Part shown: piece by piece, positions 37,110 through 48,900 of the stretch
Numbering within the stretch: the first letter of the stretch is position 1
How the letters are laid out: every line of letters starts with the position of its first letter
NCBI GenBank assembly: GCA_020137815.1
Contig: CM035352.1
Span: forward strand, 8,990,001 to 9,054,000
DNA: 64,000 bases
Direction of reading: 5' to 3'
Source: Hormiphora californensis
Taxonomy: Eukaryota > Animalia > Ctenophora
Position numbers and translations under genes: made by a program
Notes under the pieces: model-generated
What the model was told of the DNA's origin: nothing
The model's input: the letters and a program-made list of their open reading frames with translations, nothing else
The model's database searches: none

Positions 37110-37528
37110 ACAATTGGGGGGGGGGGGGGGTGCAGCCCCAAAAAAATCAAACTTTTTCCGAAACCCAGGATATGGTTGGTTTTTTTTTGGTTTTTTTTGG
37201 TTGAAATTTCTTTGATTTTTTTTGGTCGTTTTTTATTTTTTTTGGTCGGTTTTGATTTTTTTGAATTTTTGTGATCGTTTTTGAATTTTTTTGATCGTTT
37301 TTGAATTTTTTTGATCTTTTTTGATTTTTTTAAATGTTTAATGTTGAACAAAAAATCAAAAACGATCAAATAAAATAAAAAACGATCAAAAAAGTTCAAA
37401 AAAATCAAAAACGATCAAAAAAAATTAAAAAAAATAAAAAAAATAAAAAACGACCAAAAAATCAACACTTTTGAAAATCCAGGGTATGGTTGGTTGTTTT
37501 TTTGGGCTGCACCCCCCCCCCACAATTG
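37110..37528. mobile_element. Palindromic MITE with poly-G/poly-C termini and T-rich/A-rich arms
   Basis: CAATTGGGGGGG..GTGCAGCCC at the left and GGGCTGCACCCCCCC..CAATTG at the right. Confidence 0.7.
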
Positions 37529-37721
37529 CTACTTGAGCTTACAAATGCAATAATGTTCGAAACAAATTCAAATTCAAACTAAACTTATAGTTGCTGGGTT
37601 CTTCAATATACAAACACCCATACACTCTTAGTTCTTACATTCTCAAATACTGTTTATCACACACGTCTCTCTATATATCGGCAATCTCTTTAGCTGAGGG
37701 TCACATCAGCTTCTAGTTTGT

Positions 37722-38677
37722 TTACTTGAGGTCTGGTTGTCGTGTTCGGTCCTTCATTTCTCTGTTTTGAGTAAACTCTTTCAGCATTTGGAGAACCTGG
37801 TGCAGGGGAAATGTAATGTGTTGTGAACATTATAATCAATGTTATCTTTGTGTTCTGAACGGTCAGTATAACTGTGAAATGAACAAAATAACTAAGAATC
37901 AGCTCAGCTATACCTCCGTATCAAATGGTGGGGGTGGTTGATCCTTGCCAGTCATCCAGTAGTACAAGTCCCAATCACTATCTACAGAGTTTATCAAGAT
38001 ATCAAACTGATACAGCTGTTCGCGGGTCAACGAGGCTCCTTGCTCCGCAAAGAATGTGCTGAAAGTGATAGTAATGTTGTAAATCTTACAATGATCAATG
38101 AAATATTGGTATTGGAGTGAGTTCTGAGAGATCCACTACATGTCCAAATTGATATGACAACTGATATATCAGATATGATACACTGAGAGATACCTAAGAA
38201 TAAGGCAGTTCTCACTGATTCCCCGTTTTCTGGATTGCCAAAGAAGTCGTGCCCTTTGCTTCTCCTCACTCTCTCCTTTTCTAATTGGGTATGCAGGCAC
38301 TGTGAACTCTGTATCATCCTGGGGGGGAGGGGAGGGGGAATAGAGGACTGTGTTCAACAACGGGGGAGGGCGTTTGACGTAGGTTGTTCAACAGGGGGGG
38401 AGGGCATGTGACGTAGGTTGTTCAACAGGGTGGATTGTGATTGATGACAAGTCATGGAAATATTGGTAGAAAGGAGTATCAAATAAACGGCTCAGTACAT
38501 AATTGACTGTACCTTGATGGGTTCGTACTCAATCATTATGTCACCATATGGAGTTGCAACGTTCTTGTCTCTCCCAGACCCAGACCCAGACCCAGATCCT
38601 GATCCAGATCCAGAGGATAGAGCACGGACCTGCCTTCCTCCTCCAGTCACCAAACGAGTTATCGCTGTTCTTAACAT
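37722..38677 (-). CDS. SDHAF2: Succinate dehydrogenase assembly factor 2 (SDH5)
   Basis: Four exons. Mitochondrial-type leader MLRTAITRL, then [40 protein letters not shown] and a C-terminal RQPDL. Confidence 0.93.
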
Positions 38678-38905
38678 CTTGCTAGTTGTATAGACGATGA
38701 GTTTTGTAGTGTATAAGGCAAATAAAGGACGTAAAATGAGAAACAACATTCAACAAAATAAATAGCTTTTATTATTAAAAAACGTGACTGTAAATAAACA
38801 AAATTGTGCTGAAAATATAATCTATATAATAATCTATATCCCTTTGATCTTCATTCATTGACAATAAATGGAACAAAACACACAAATAAATTAATTTGTC
38901 TAAGT

Positions 38906-41900
38906 CTAAGATCCGCTCAGTTCCAACCCGATTCCTTTCCGATCTATCCTCTCTACCCTAACACCTAACCTCTGCCCCAATACCACTGTCCTCCCTACTG
39001 TCTTGCTCCTGTGTAACAAACCATCCCGTGAGGCACCTATATCAACAAATGCACCAAACTGGGTGACATTGGTAACCCTCCCCTCGGTTACCATGCCTAC
39101 CCGAACCTCACTAGCAGCACTGCTTCGGAGAAGGGGCTGTGAGAACTGGGATCTGTAGTCGTAGTTGATGGGTTGGGAGAGGGAGGAGATGATCTGGCTG
39201 CTTAGAGATGGGTACTGACCTAGCAGGGGGATTATAATGGGTCAATAATATGGGTACTGACCTAGCAGGGGGATTATAATGGGTCAATAATGAGTTGTCT
39301 TAGAGATGGGTACTGACCTAGCAGGGGGATTATAATGGGTCAATAATGAGTTGTCTTGGAGATGGGTACTGACCTAGCAGGGGGATTATAATGGGTCAAT
39401 AATGAGTTGTTCAGACTTCCCCATCCCCCTTTACAGTTTGATTATCTGAACGAAATAAATGTAGTGACATGTGAGATACATACCAATATCTACCATCTTT
39501 ATTCTCTGTATAAAACTGTCTGTCCCAATATCTCTCTTGTCAAGTCCCGCATCGCTAATTATCTGGTCTGTGAAAATATATGAGGTCAGAGGTACAGCCC
39601 GTGTGATTGTAAACGGTAACTTTACCTTGGTATGAGGCACCGAGTTAAATCGACTTGCGTTATGAAGATTAATCTAGTGACAATCTAAATCTAAACCAAT
39701 CAGGGACGACCTATACCTGCTAGTTCATAGCATTCAGGATGGACTGAAGTCTGATCAAGATAATCTATCATCACCCCATCCTTCTTCCTCTTTTTACTAC
39801 TTCCCACTGCTGCTGCCCTCTTTTTCCTCTTTCTACCACCGCTACCTTCTTCATCTGCACAGAAACACAAGGTTTAGATTGTTATGTTCTAACCCTCCTT
39901 TACCGGGGGCGCGGTGAAAGAGGGTCAAGCAAGATAAGTTTAGAAATTGGGTCGGCTGACACTTAGTCACCACTACAGTGAAACAAAAAGTATAAACAAT
40001 TTAATGATGGGATTTACCTGACTCTGCTTCCTCCACTTTTTCAGTGGTATCATCTGACTGATGGTAAATCCGCAGGAATCCTATACACTGTTCAAATGTC
40101 TTGGGACCCACCCCCTTTACCTTGAGCACCTAAATATTGGAGGCATGAAACTAACTGTCTAACTGTATTTAGATTGCCCCTGATCTACTAGTTAACCTAA
40201 TTGTTAATTATCCCGATTAGTGTAAAGCAACATTGAATGAAACAGTGGATAAGATTATTATACCTGTTGTCTGTTAGTAAATGGTCCACTATCACGTCTC
40301 CTTTGAACGATATTCTTGGCGGTAGCTACATTCAACCCAGCTACACGCTGCAATAACGCCTGACTACACATGTTTAAATCCGCTCCTGGGGAAGGCCGAA
40401 GGGAAGGGGAGAGGTCAAGACAATAATATTCCTGATGCTAAACCATTTGAAGTATTTGAGGTCCCCCAGTGGTGCCCCCCCCCCCCCCGTTTGTAAATGG
40501 ATCCCTACCTGTAAAACTGACACACTCCACGACAGTATCGTTGAGTCGTGAGTTGAGTTGAGAGGCAGGTAAGTCGTGTTGGTACTGTCCCACACCGAGA
40601 TGCTGAGGCTCGATCTTCACATACTCAGATAAGGGGTCAAGCAATCGCCGTCCTGAGAAGTAGAGTACGGTGAGGTGATTATATTATAACAGGGGATAGT
40701 GCAAAAACTGCCTCTTTTCTAGATTGGTAACCAAGTGGTTGCATCCTAGTTACCAAGTGGTTGCATCTTAGTTACCAAGTGGTTGTATCCTAGTTACCAA
40801 GTGGTTACCAAGTGTGTCTCTCACCTATACTGACTGCACTCCTATGGACCATGTTAACATCAGCTAACTCTGCCGCTGCCACATCTGAGCAACTGTAAAT
40901 ACTAGCACCTCTCTCTTCCACAACAGTGTACTTTACACCACCTCCCAACCTCTCAATCACCTGTGGGTGAGAGACTAGTGAATGAGGGGATTAAAGGGGT
41001 GTGTTAGTTAGTACATACATTATAAGGCCTTCGAAGGGAGGGACAAAAGAAAAGTTGGCCGAGAGTAGCACAACACAACAATGTACATTGTACATTGTAC
41101 AGTTAGGTACTAGGGGAATGTAAAAAGTAGAGTTACCTTGGTAACAGCGTGTTCCGTTTCCCTACAGGCAGTACCATTGCCAATACCAATGATACTGAAT
41201 CTGTGTTTCCTATACAGATCAACTATCACACCAGGCTGGACAAACTCTTTCGCCTAAATAGAAATCAATCTGTTATTGGGGGGGGGGGGGCCTGCCGCAA
41301 GAATCTCATGCCTCATTGGCGATTTTCAGGGTAGCTGAGATTTTTGGGATTTTCGATTTTTGGCTAAAAATTTTTGAGGCAAATTTGCGATTTTTCCGGA
41401 AAAAGTCGGAAATTTTTCTGAAAAATCTCATAGAAAGGAAAAATGTCCATTCGAAAGTTTGGGATAGAAACAATCCTTGTGTTTTTTAACCAAAAATCGA
41501 AATTCTGAATAGAAATTTTCCTTGTGTTCTAATACAAAAGACTAAGTATTGGCAGCCAAAATTGTTTCAATTTACCACAAAAATCTCAAACGTAATTGAT
41601 AAAATCTTTCCAAAATCTCAAATCCCCCCCCCCCCCCGAGATTACTTCACTAATTTGATATTAAAGCTCAGTACGATGGTAATGTATTAATTGCACTGAA
41701 CTGCTGTAGACATCACCCACTCACTTCATACACACACAACACCCACACACATGACCAAGCCTGTACGACAGGTTATTGATCACCGGCTGTATTACAGCAC
41801 GAGAGAGCCGTCACTAGTATCGTGCAGTGATCCGAAGATCATGATAACAATTAATAATGAACAGTTGGGCTATAGCAGTTGATCACGTCATATTAAAAGC

Positions 41901-42765
41901 TCAGTACGTTACCACAGGTTGCATCTACCCCCTCAGCAATCAATTGGGGTGTATTAATTAAGAATATTAATATTTTGTCCCACTCTAGAGAGAGAGAGAG
42001 GAAAATAAACTGGCCTAAACACGGCGAGGAATTATATTGCCTAGCTAGACTCTGTTTCGCTTTATGTAAAGGAGGGGTAGAACATAACAAGAATTATAAT
42101 TCATTTTTCATAGTAATTCGTTGTCCATTTCTCCGGGCCTGGCGTCCAGTGAAGGTTTTGCTAAGTTTGGCTTTTCCACACTATTATCAATAACGTATCT
42201 CTCTCTCTATAAAGTTGTGCTTGTTCAGTATAATTGGTCAATACGTTAATGAGGAAGGAAAGTGCTCCATTTCCGGTGGCGTGCATTGTACAGTAGCAGT
42301 AGGCCTCATGGCCTGGAGTTCATTAAAACGGCCCATTTAAACAGTTCTTATTGCACCGCACCAGTATCCCATGTTGGTATCAAAGACACCTCACACTCAG
42401 GCCGCTTCGCGGCCTTCGTTTGGTGCGCTTTGCGTGCCGGCAAGGGAGGGGTAACTTCGTTACCAATATCCCATGTTGACTCCATATTATAGCTTTAATA
42501 AATTGTGAGCCTTGCCGGTTAGTTCTCTCATTTCAAGAGCCCCTGAGAGACAGAAAAACAGAGAGTGAGAGAGAGAGAGAGAGAAAAGTTGCCAGAGATG
42601 TTGGTGTTTGAATAGTCCAGTCTCGGCAGTATCGTCCTCCATATTTTTCTCATAGGATGACCTCATGCTACAAACACACTTTCCCACCTTGTTTTGTTCA
42701 AACCCATTTTAGCTAGGCCATTACCACACCGATCACCGATTTCCTTCAAGGAAATGATGGAGGGA

Positions 42766-42849
<84 letters not shown>

Positions 42850-42886
42850 GAGAGAGAGAGAGAGGGGGGTGAGAGAGAGAGAGAGA

Positions 42887-42929
<43 letters not shown>

Positions 42930-45900
42930 TTCATACACCAACTTCTCTGGCAATTCCACCAGCACCTTTTGTGTCTCCCCACACTAACATTTGTCACTCG
43001 CTGTATTACATGCCATGTACCTGTGTCCACGGATTGACAGATGTTAAACTCTACAGCCACCGCAGAGCTGTAAATACAACTTTTTGTCACACGCAAATCT
43101 GAGATTTATTTTTTTGGTTGACAAACGCAAAAAATTATAGTCATTCTCATGCTTTACTTGCTTTTGCTTGGTCGAAAATTACCTACCTACTGAATTATAA
43201 TTCTATCTGCGCCTGCCTTTTTAGTCTGTCTTTAGACCACTCGATAATTAGTTTAAATTTTCCTGCAGCACAATATGTCAGAGGAATTCTGTCCGCCAAA
43301 CGGTTCAACAGCTGCACAAGTCAATCCAGACTTTATTTCCCCTGTGGATGATTGGAGAAAGGTATTTTTCTACTTTAATATACCTTGCGGAGTCATCGGT
43401 GTTGCTCTAAACACTCTCTGTCTTTTCTACTTCCTGAGGCACCAGCGGAAAGGGCTCGGCGACCAAATGGTTATGGGACTTTGTTTCTCCGACATCACGA
43501 TTTGCCTGGAGATGATGATAGTAATGGCGTACCCCTGGCAGCCAAACAACCTACAACCGGAGTATACAGCCATCTACTGCCTCTGGGCCGCGTTTATAGT
43601 TTTCAACTCTTTCATGCTTTACAGGCCTGTGGTATCTTCGTACGTATACCATTCTCCGGCCTTTGGTACGGATAAATCCAGTTCGCTTCAGGATCAAAAT
43701 TCTTGTTTCTTCAATTTTCGCAATCATCACAAATTTCGCATCGGGCATTCCCATGATGAAAATATGGTTTGGTAGTCTAATTAACGGGAGTCTGGAGTTG
43801 CCAAGTGGATTATGGACTATTCGGTGTACATAAGACTATCAGCTAGCCCAAGTGTTTCTCATGTTTAGTTTTGTCACTGGAGTCCTCAGTGTGAGGGCCA
43901 TAAAAATGTTGAGGAAAAGTGTCTCTCGATTGGAACTAGCCAAGGACTCTCTCAACAAGAGACATGCTGCTATCACGGTGCTAATCATCATATCAGTCCA
44001 ATTCAGTTCCCTCTTGGTATGGCTTTGTGTCGATACTTACATATTTGTATCATTATTGGGATTTACACCGTGCGGTGATGACTGGGCTGGTATATCTGAG
44101 CATGGATAAACAGCAGTACGATATTTTAAAGGCTACTTTGGTTCTAGAGATGCTGTGCACTTTAACATCTATTGCAAACCCTATCATCCATATTACAAGG
44201 AACGGAAGGTTGAATAAGTGGGTGAGGGAAACGTTCTGCTCTTATGCAATCCCTACACAAGGTGGGACCAATAGTGGAACTACAGCGATTACGGAAACCA
44301 CGCACGCAACAACCCCACTGAATCAACAAGAAACTAATTGATGTCCTTCAACAAGCATCTCTTCGTCTTCAAAAGAAGTTGTGAAAAGGTCAAGAAAAGA
44401 GGAGAGGAATCAAAAATGCAAGAAACAAAAATATGAAGTAAGAGGATGTGCCACGTGAACAAAAACGATGGAAGTTGCCCTCGGAAAGAACAATACACAG
44501 AAGTTTGGGTTTTGACACTATTATTATTAACCCATTATTAACCCATTATTGACCCATTATTGTTAATTATCATTGAACAGTTGGACCTCGGTTTACCGAG
44601 ATGCTCGGGGAAAGGATTTTATCGGTTATATATCTATTATCGGTGTGAAACATTGTAATTTCCTTATACTAAGTCGTCCAATAAATCGGGGTGATTGTCC
44701 GACTGTGTTACATCTTCACTTTAATATGTTATATTTGGGGGGGGGGGGGGGCTGCCGCAAGAATCTCATGCCTCATTGGCGATTTTCAGGGTATCTGAGA
44801 GTTTTGAGATTTTCGATTTTCAGCCAAAAAGTGTGAGATTAATGAGATTTTTGAGGCAAATCTGCGATTTTTCCGGGCAAAATCGCAAATTTTTCTCAAA
44901 AATCCCAAGAAAGGAAAAACTTCCATTACATCCTATAATTTGGGATAGAAACAATCCTTGTGTTTTTTTACAAAAATCAAAATTCTAAATAAAAACTGTC
45001 CTTGTGTTCTAATACAAAAGTAAATAAGAAGCTAAAATACAACATTGACCCTATCAAGTTACTAAATTAATAGTATTGTCTGGTTTAAAGCTATAAAATA
45101 TGACGAAAGAGTATTGGCATCCAAAATTGTACCAATTTACCACAAAAATCTCAAAAGTAATTGAGCAAATTTTCCCGAAAATCTCAAAATCTCATTGGCC
45201 AAAAGCAGGGTAGCTGAGATTTTTGCGGCAGCCCCCCCCCCCCTTATTGCGATGTACTTTGTAGTGTTAATAGTTATCAATCCGTTATTTCAATTTACTT
45301 TGTGGTGCCAATAGTTCTCATCCTGGATGTGGTGATTTTAGAAAATAATCTGTCACAACCCAACTCACATAATAATCAGCTTCTAATTACCTTTGCATTC
45401 AAGTGAGCAGTACAAGTATCCAGCACCTCTAATTACCTTTGCATTTAGGTGAGCAGTACAAGTATCCAGTACCTCTAATTACCTTTGCATTCAGGTGAGC
45501 AGTACAAGTATCCAGCACCTCTAATTACCTTTGCATTCAAGTGAGCAGTACAAGTATCCAGTACCTCTAATTACCTTTGCATTTAGGTGAGCAGTACAAG
45601 TATCCAGCACCTCTAATTACCTTTGCATTTAGGTGAGCAGTACAAGTATCCAGCACCTCTAATTACCTTTGCATTCAAGTGAGCAGTACAAGTATCCAGC
45701 ACCTCTAATTACCTTTGCATTCAAGTGAGCAGTACAAGTATCCAGTACCTCTAATTACCTTTGCATTTAGGTGAGCAGTACAAGTATCCAGTACCTCTAA
45801 TTACCTTTGCATTCAAGTGAGCAGTACAAGTATCCAGCACCTCTAATTACCTTTGCATTCAAGTGAGCAGTACAAGTATCCAGTACCTCTAATTACCTTT

Positions 45901-48900
45901 GCATTTAGGTGAGCAGTACAAGTATCCAGCACCTCTAATTACCTTTGCATTCAAGTGAGCAGTACAAGTATCCAGCACCTCTAATTACCTTTGCATTCAA
46001 GTGAGCAGTACAAGTGTCCAGCACCTCTAATTACCTTTGCATTCAAGTGAGCAGTACAAGTGTCCAGCACCTCTAATTACCTTTGCATTCAAGTGAGCAG
46101 TACAAGTATCCAGCACCTCTAATTACCTTTGCATTCAAGTGAGCAGTACAAGTATCCAGCACCTCTAATTACCTTTGCATTCAAGTGAGCAGTACAAGTA
46201 TCCAGCACCTCTAATTACCTTTGCATTCAAGTGAGCAGTACAAGTATCCAGTACCTCTAATTACCTTTGCATTTAGGTGAGCAGTACAAGTATCCAGCAC
46301 CTCTAATTACCTTTGCATTCAAGTGAGCAGTACAAGTATCCAGCACCTCTAATTACCTTTGCATTCAAGTGAGCAGTACAAGTGTCCAGCACCTCTAATT
46401 ACCTTTGCATTCAAGTGAGCAGTACAAGTATCCAGCACCTCTAATTACCTTTGCATTCAAGTGAGCAGTACAAGTATCCAGCACCTCTAATTACCTTTGC
46501 ATTCAAGTGAGCAGTACAAGTATCCAGCACCTCTAATTACCTTTGCATTCAAGTGAGCAGTACAAGTATCCAGCACCTCTAATTACCTTTGCATTCAAGT
46601 GAGCAGTACAAGTATCCAGCACCTCTAATTACCTTTGCATTCAAGTGAGCAGTACACGTGTCCAGCACCTCTAATTACCTTTGCATTCAAGTGAGCAGTA
46701 CAAGTATCCAGTACTTCTAATTACCTTTGCATTCAAGTGAGCAGTACAAGTATCCAGTACCTCTAATTACCTTTGCATTCAAGTGAGCAGTACAAGTATC
46801 CAGCACTTCTAATTACCTTTGCATTCAGGTGAGCAGTACAAGTATCCAGTACCTCTAATTACCTTTGCATTCAAGTGAGCAGTACAAGTATCCAGTACCT
46901 CTAATTACCTTTGCATTCAAGTGAGCAGTACAAGTATCCAGCACTTCTAATTACCTTTGCATTCAGGTGAGCAGTACAAGTATCCAGTACCTCTAATTAC
47001 CTTTGCATTCAAGTGAGCAGTACAAGTATCCAGTACCTCTAATTACCTTTGCATTCAAGTGAGCAGTGCAAGTATCCAGTACTTCTAATTACCTTTGCAT
47101 TCAAGTGAGCAGTACAAGTATCCAGCACCTCTAATTACCTTTGCATTCAAGTGAGCAGTACAAGTATCCAGCACCTCTAATTACCTTTGCATTCAAGTGA
47201 GCAGTACAAGTATCCAGCACCTCTAATTACCTTTGCATTCAAGTGAGCAGTACAAGTATCCAGCACCTCTAATTACCTTTGCATTCAAGTGAGCAGTACA
47301 AGTATCCAGTACCTCTAATTACCTTTGCATTTAGGTGAGCAGTACAAGTATCCAGTACCTCTAATTACCTTTGTATTTAGGTGAGCAGTACAAGTATCCA
47401 GCACCTCTAATTACCTTTGCATTCAAGTGAGCAGTACAAGTATCCAGTACCTCTAATTACCTTTGCATTCAAGTGAGCAGTACAAGTATCCAGCACCTCT
47501 AATTACCTTTGCATTCAAGTGAGCAGTACAAGTATCCAGCACCTCTAATTACCTTTGCATTTAGGTGAGCAGTACAAGTTTCCAGCACCTCTAATTACCT
47601 TTGCATTCAAGTGAGCAGTACAAGTATCCAGCACCTCTAATTACCTTTGCATTTAGGTGAGCAGTACAAGTTTCCAGCACCTCTAATTACCTTTGCATTC
47701 AGGTGAGCAGTACAGGTATCCAGTACTTCTAATTACCTTTGCATTCAAGTGAGCAGTACAAGTATCCAGTACCTCTAATTACCTTTGCATTCAGGTGAGC
47801 AGTACAAGTATCCAGTACCTCTAATTACCTTTGCATTCAAGTGAGCAGTACAAGTATCCAGCACCTTTAATTACCTTTGCATTTAGGTGAGCAGTACAAG
47901 TATCCAGCACCTCTAATTACCTTTGTATTCAAGTGAGCAGTACAAGTATCCAGCACCTCTAATTACCTTTGCATTCAAGTGAGCAGTACAAGTATCCAGC
48001 ACCTTTAATTACCTTTGCATTCAAGTGAGCAGTACAAGTATCCAGCACCTCTAATTACCTTTGCATTCAAGTGAGCAGTACAAGTATCCAGCACCTCTAA
48101 TTACCTTTGCATTCAAGTGAGCAGTACAAGTATCCAGTACCTCTAATTACCTTTGCATTCAAGTGAGCAGTACAAGTATCCAGTACCTCTAATTACCTTT
48201 GCATTCAAGTGAGCAGTACAAGTATCCAGTACTTCTAATTACCTTTGCATTCAAGTGAGCAGTACAAGTATCCAGTACTTCTAATTACCTTTGCATTCAA
48301 GTGAGCAGTACAAGTATCCAGTACCTCTAATTACCTTTGCATTCAAGTGAGCAGTACAAGTATCCAGCACTTCTAATTACCTTTGCATTCAGGTGAGCAG
48401 TACAAGTATCCAGTACCTCTAATTACCTTTGCATTCAAGTGAGCAGTACAAGTATCCAGTACCTCTAATTACCTTTGCATTCAAGTGAGCAGTACAAGTA
48501 TCCAGCACTTCTAATTACCTTTGCATTCAGGTGAGCAGTACAAGTATCCAGTACCTCTAATTACCTTTGCATTCAAGTGAGCAGTACAAGTATCCAGTAC
48601 CTCTAATTACCTTTGCATTCAAGTGAGCAGTGCAAGTATCCAGTACTTCTAATTACCTTTGCATTCAAGTGAGCAGTACAAGTATCCAGCACCTCTAATT
48701 ACCTTTGCATTCAAGTGAGCAGTACAAGTATCCAGCACCTCTAATTACCTTTGCATTCAAGTGAGCAGTACACGTATCCAGTACCTCTAATTACCTTTGC
48801 ATTCAAGTGAGCAGTACAGGTATCCAGTACCTCTAATTACCTTTGCATTTAGGTGAGCAGTACAAGTATCCAGTACCTCTAATTACCTTTGCATTTAGGT

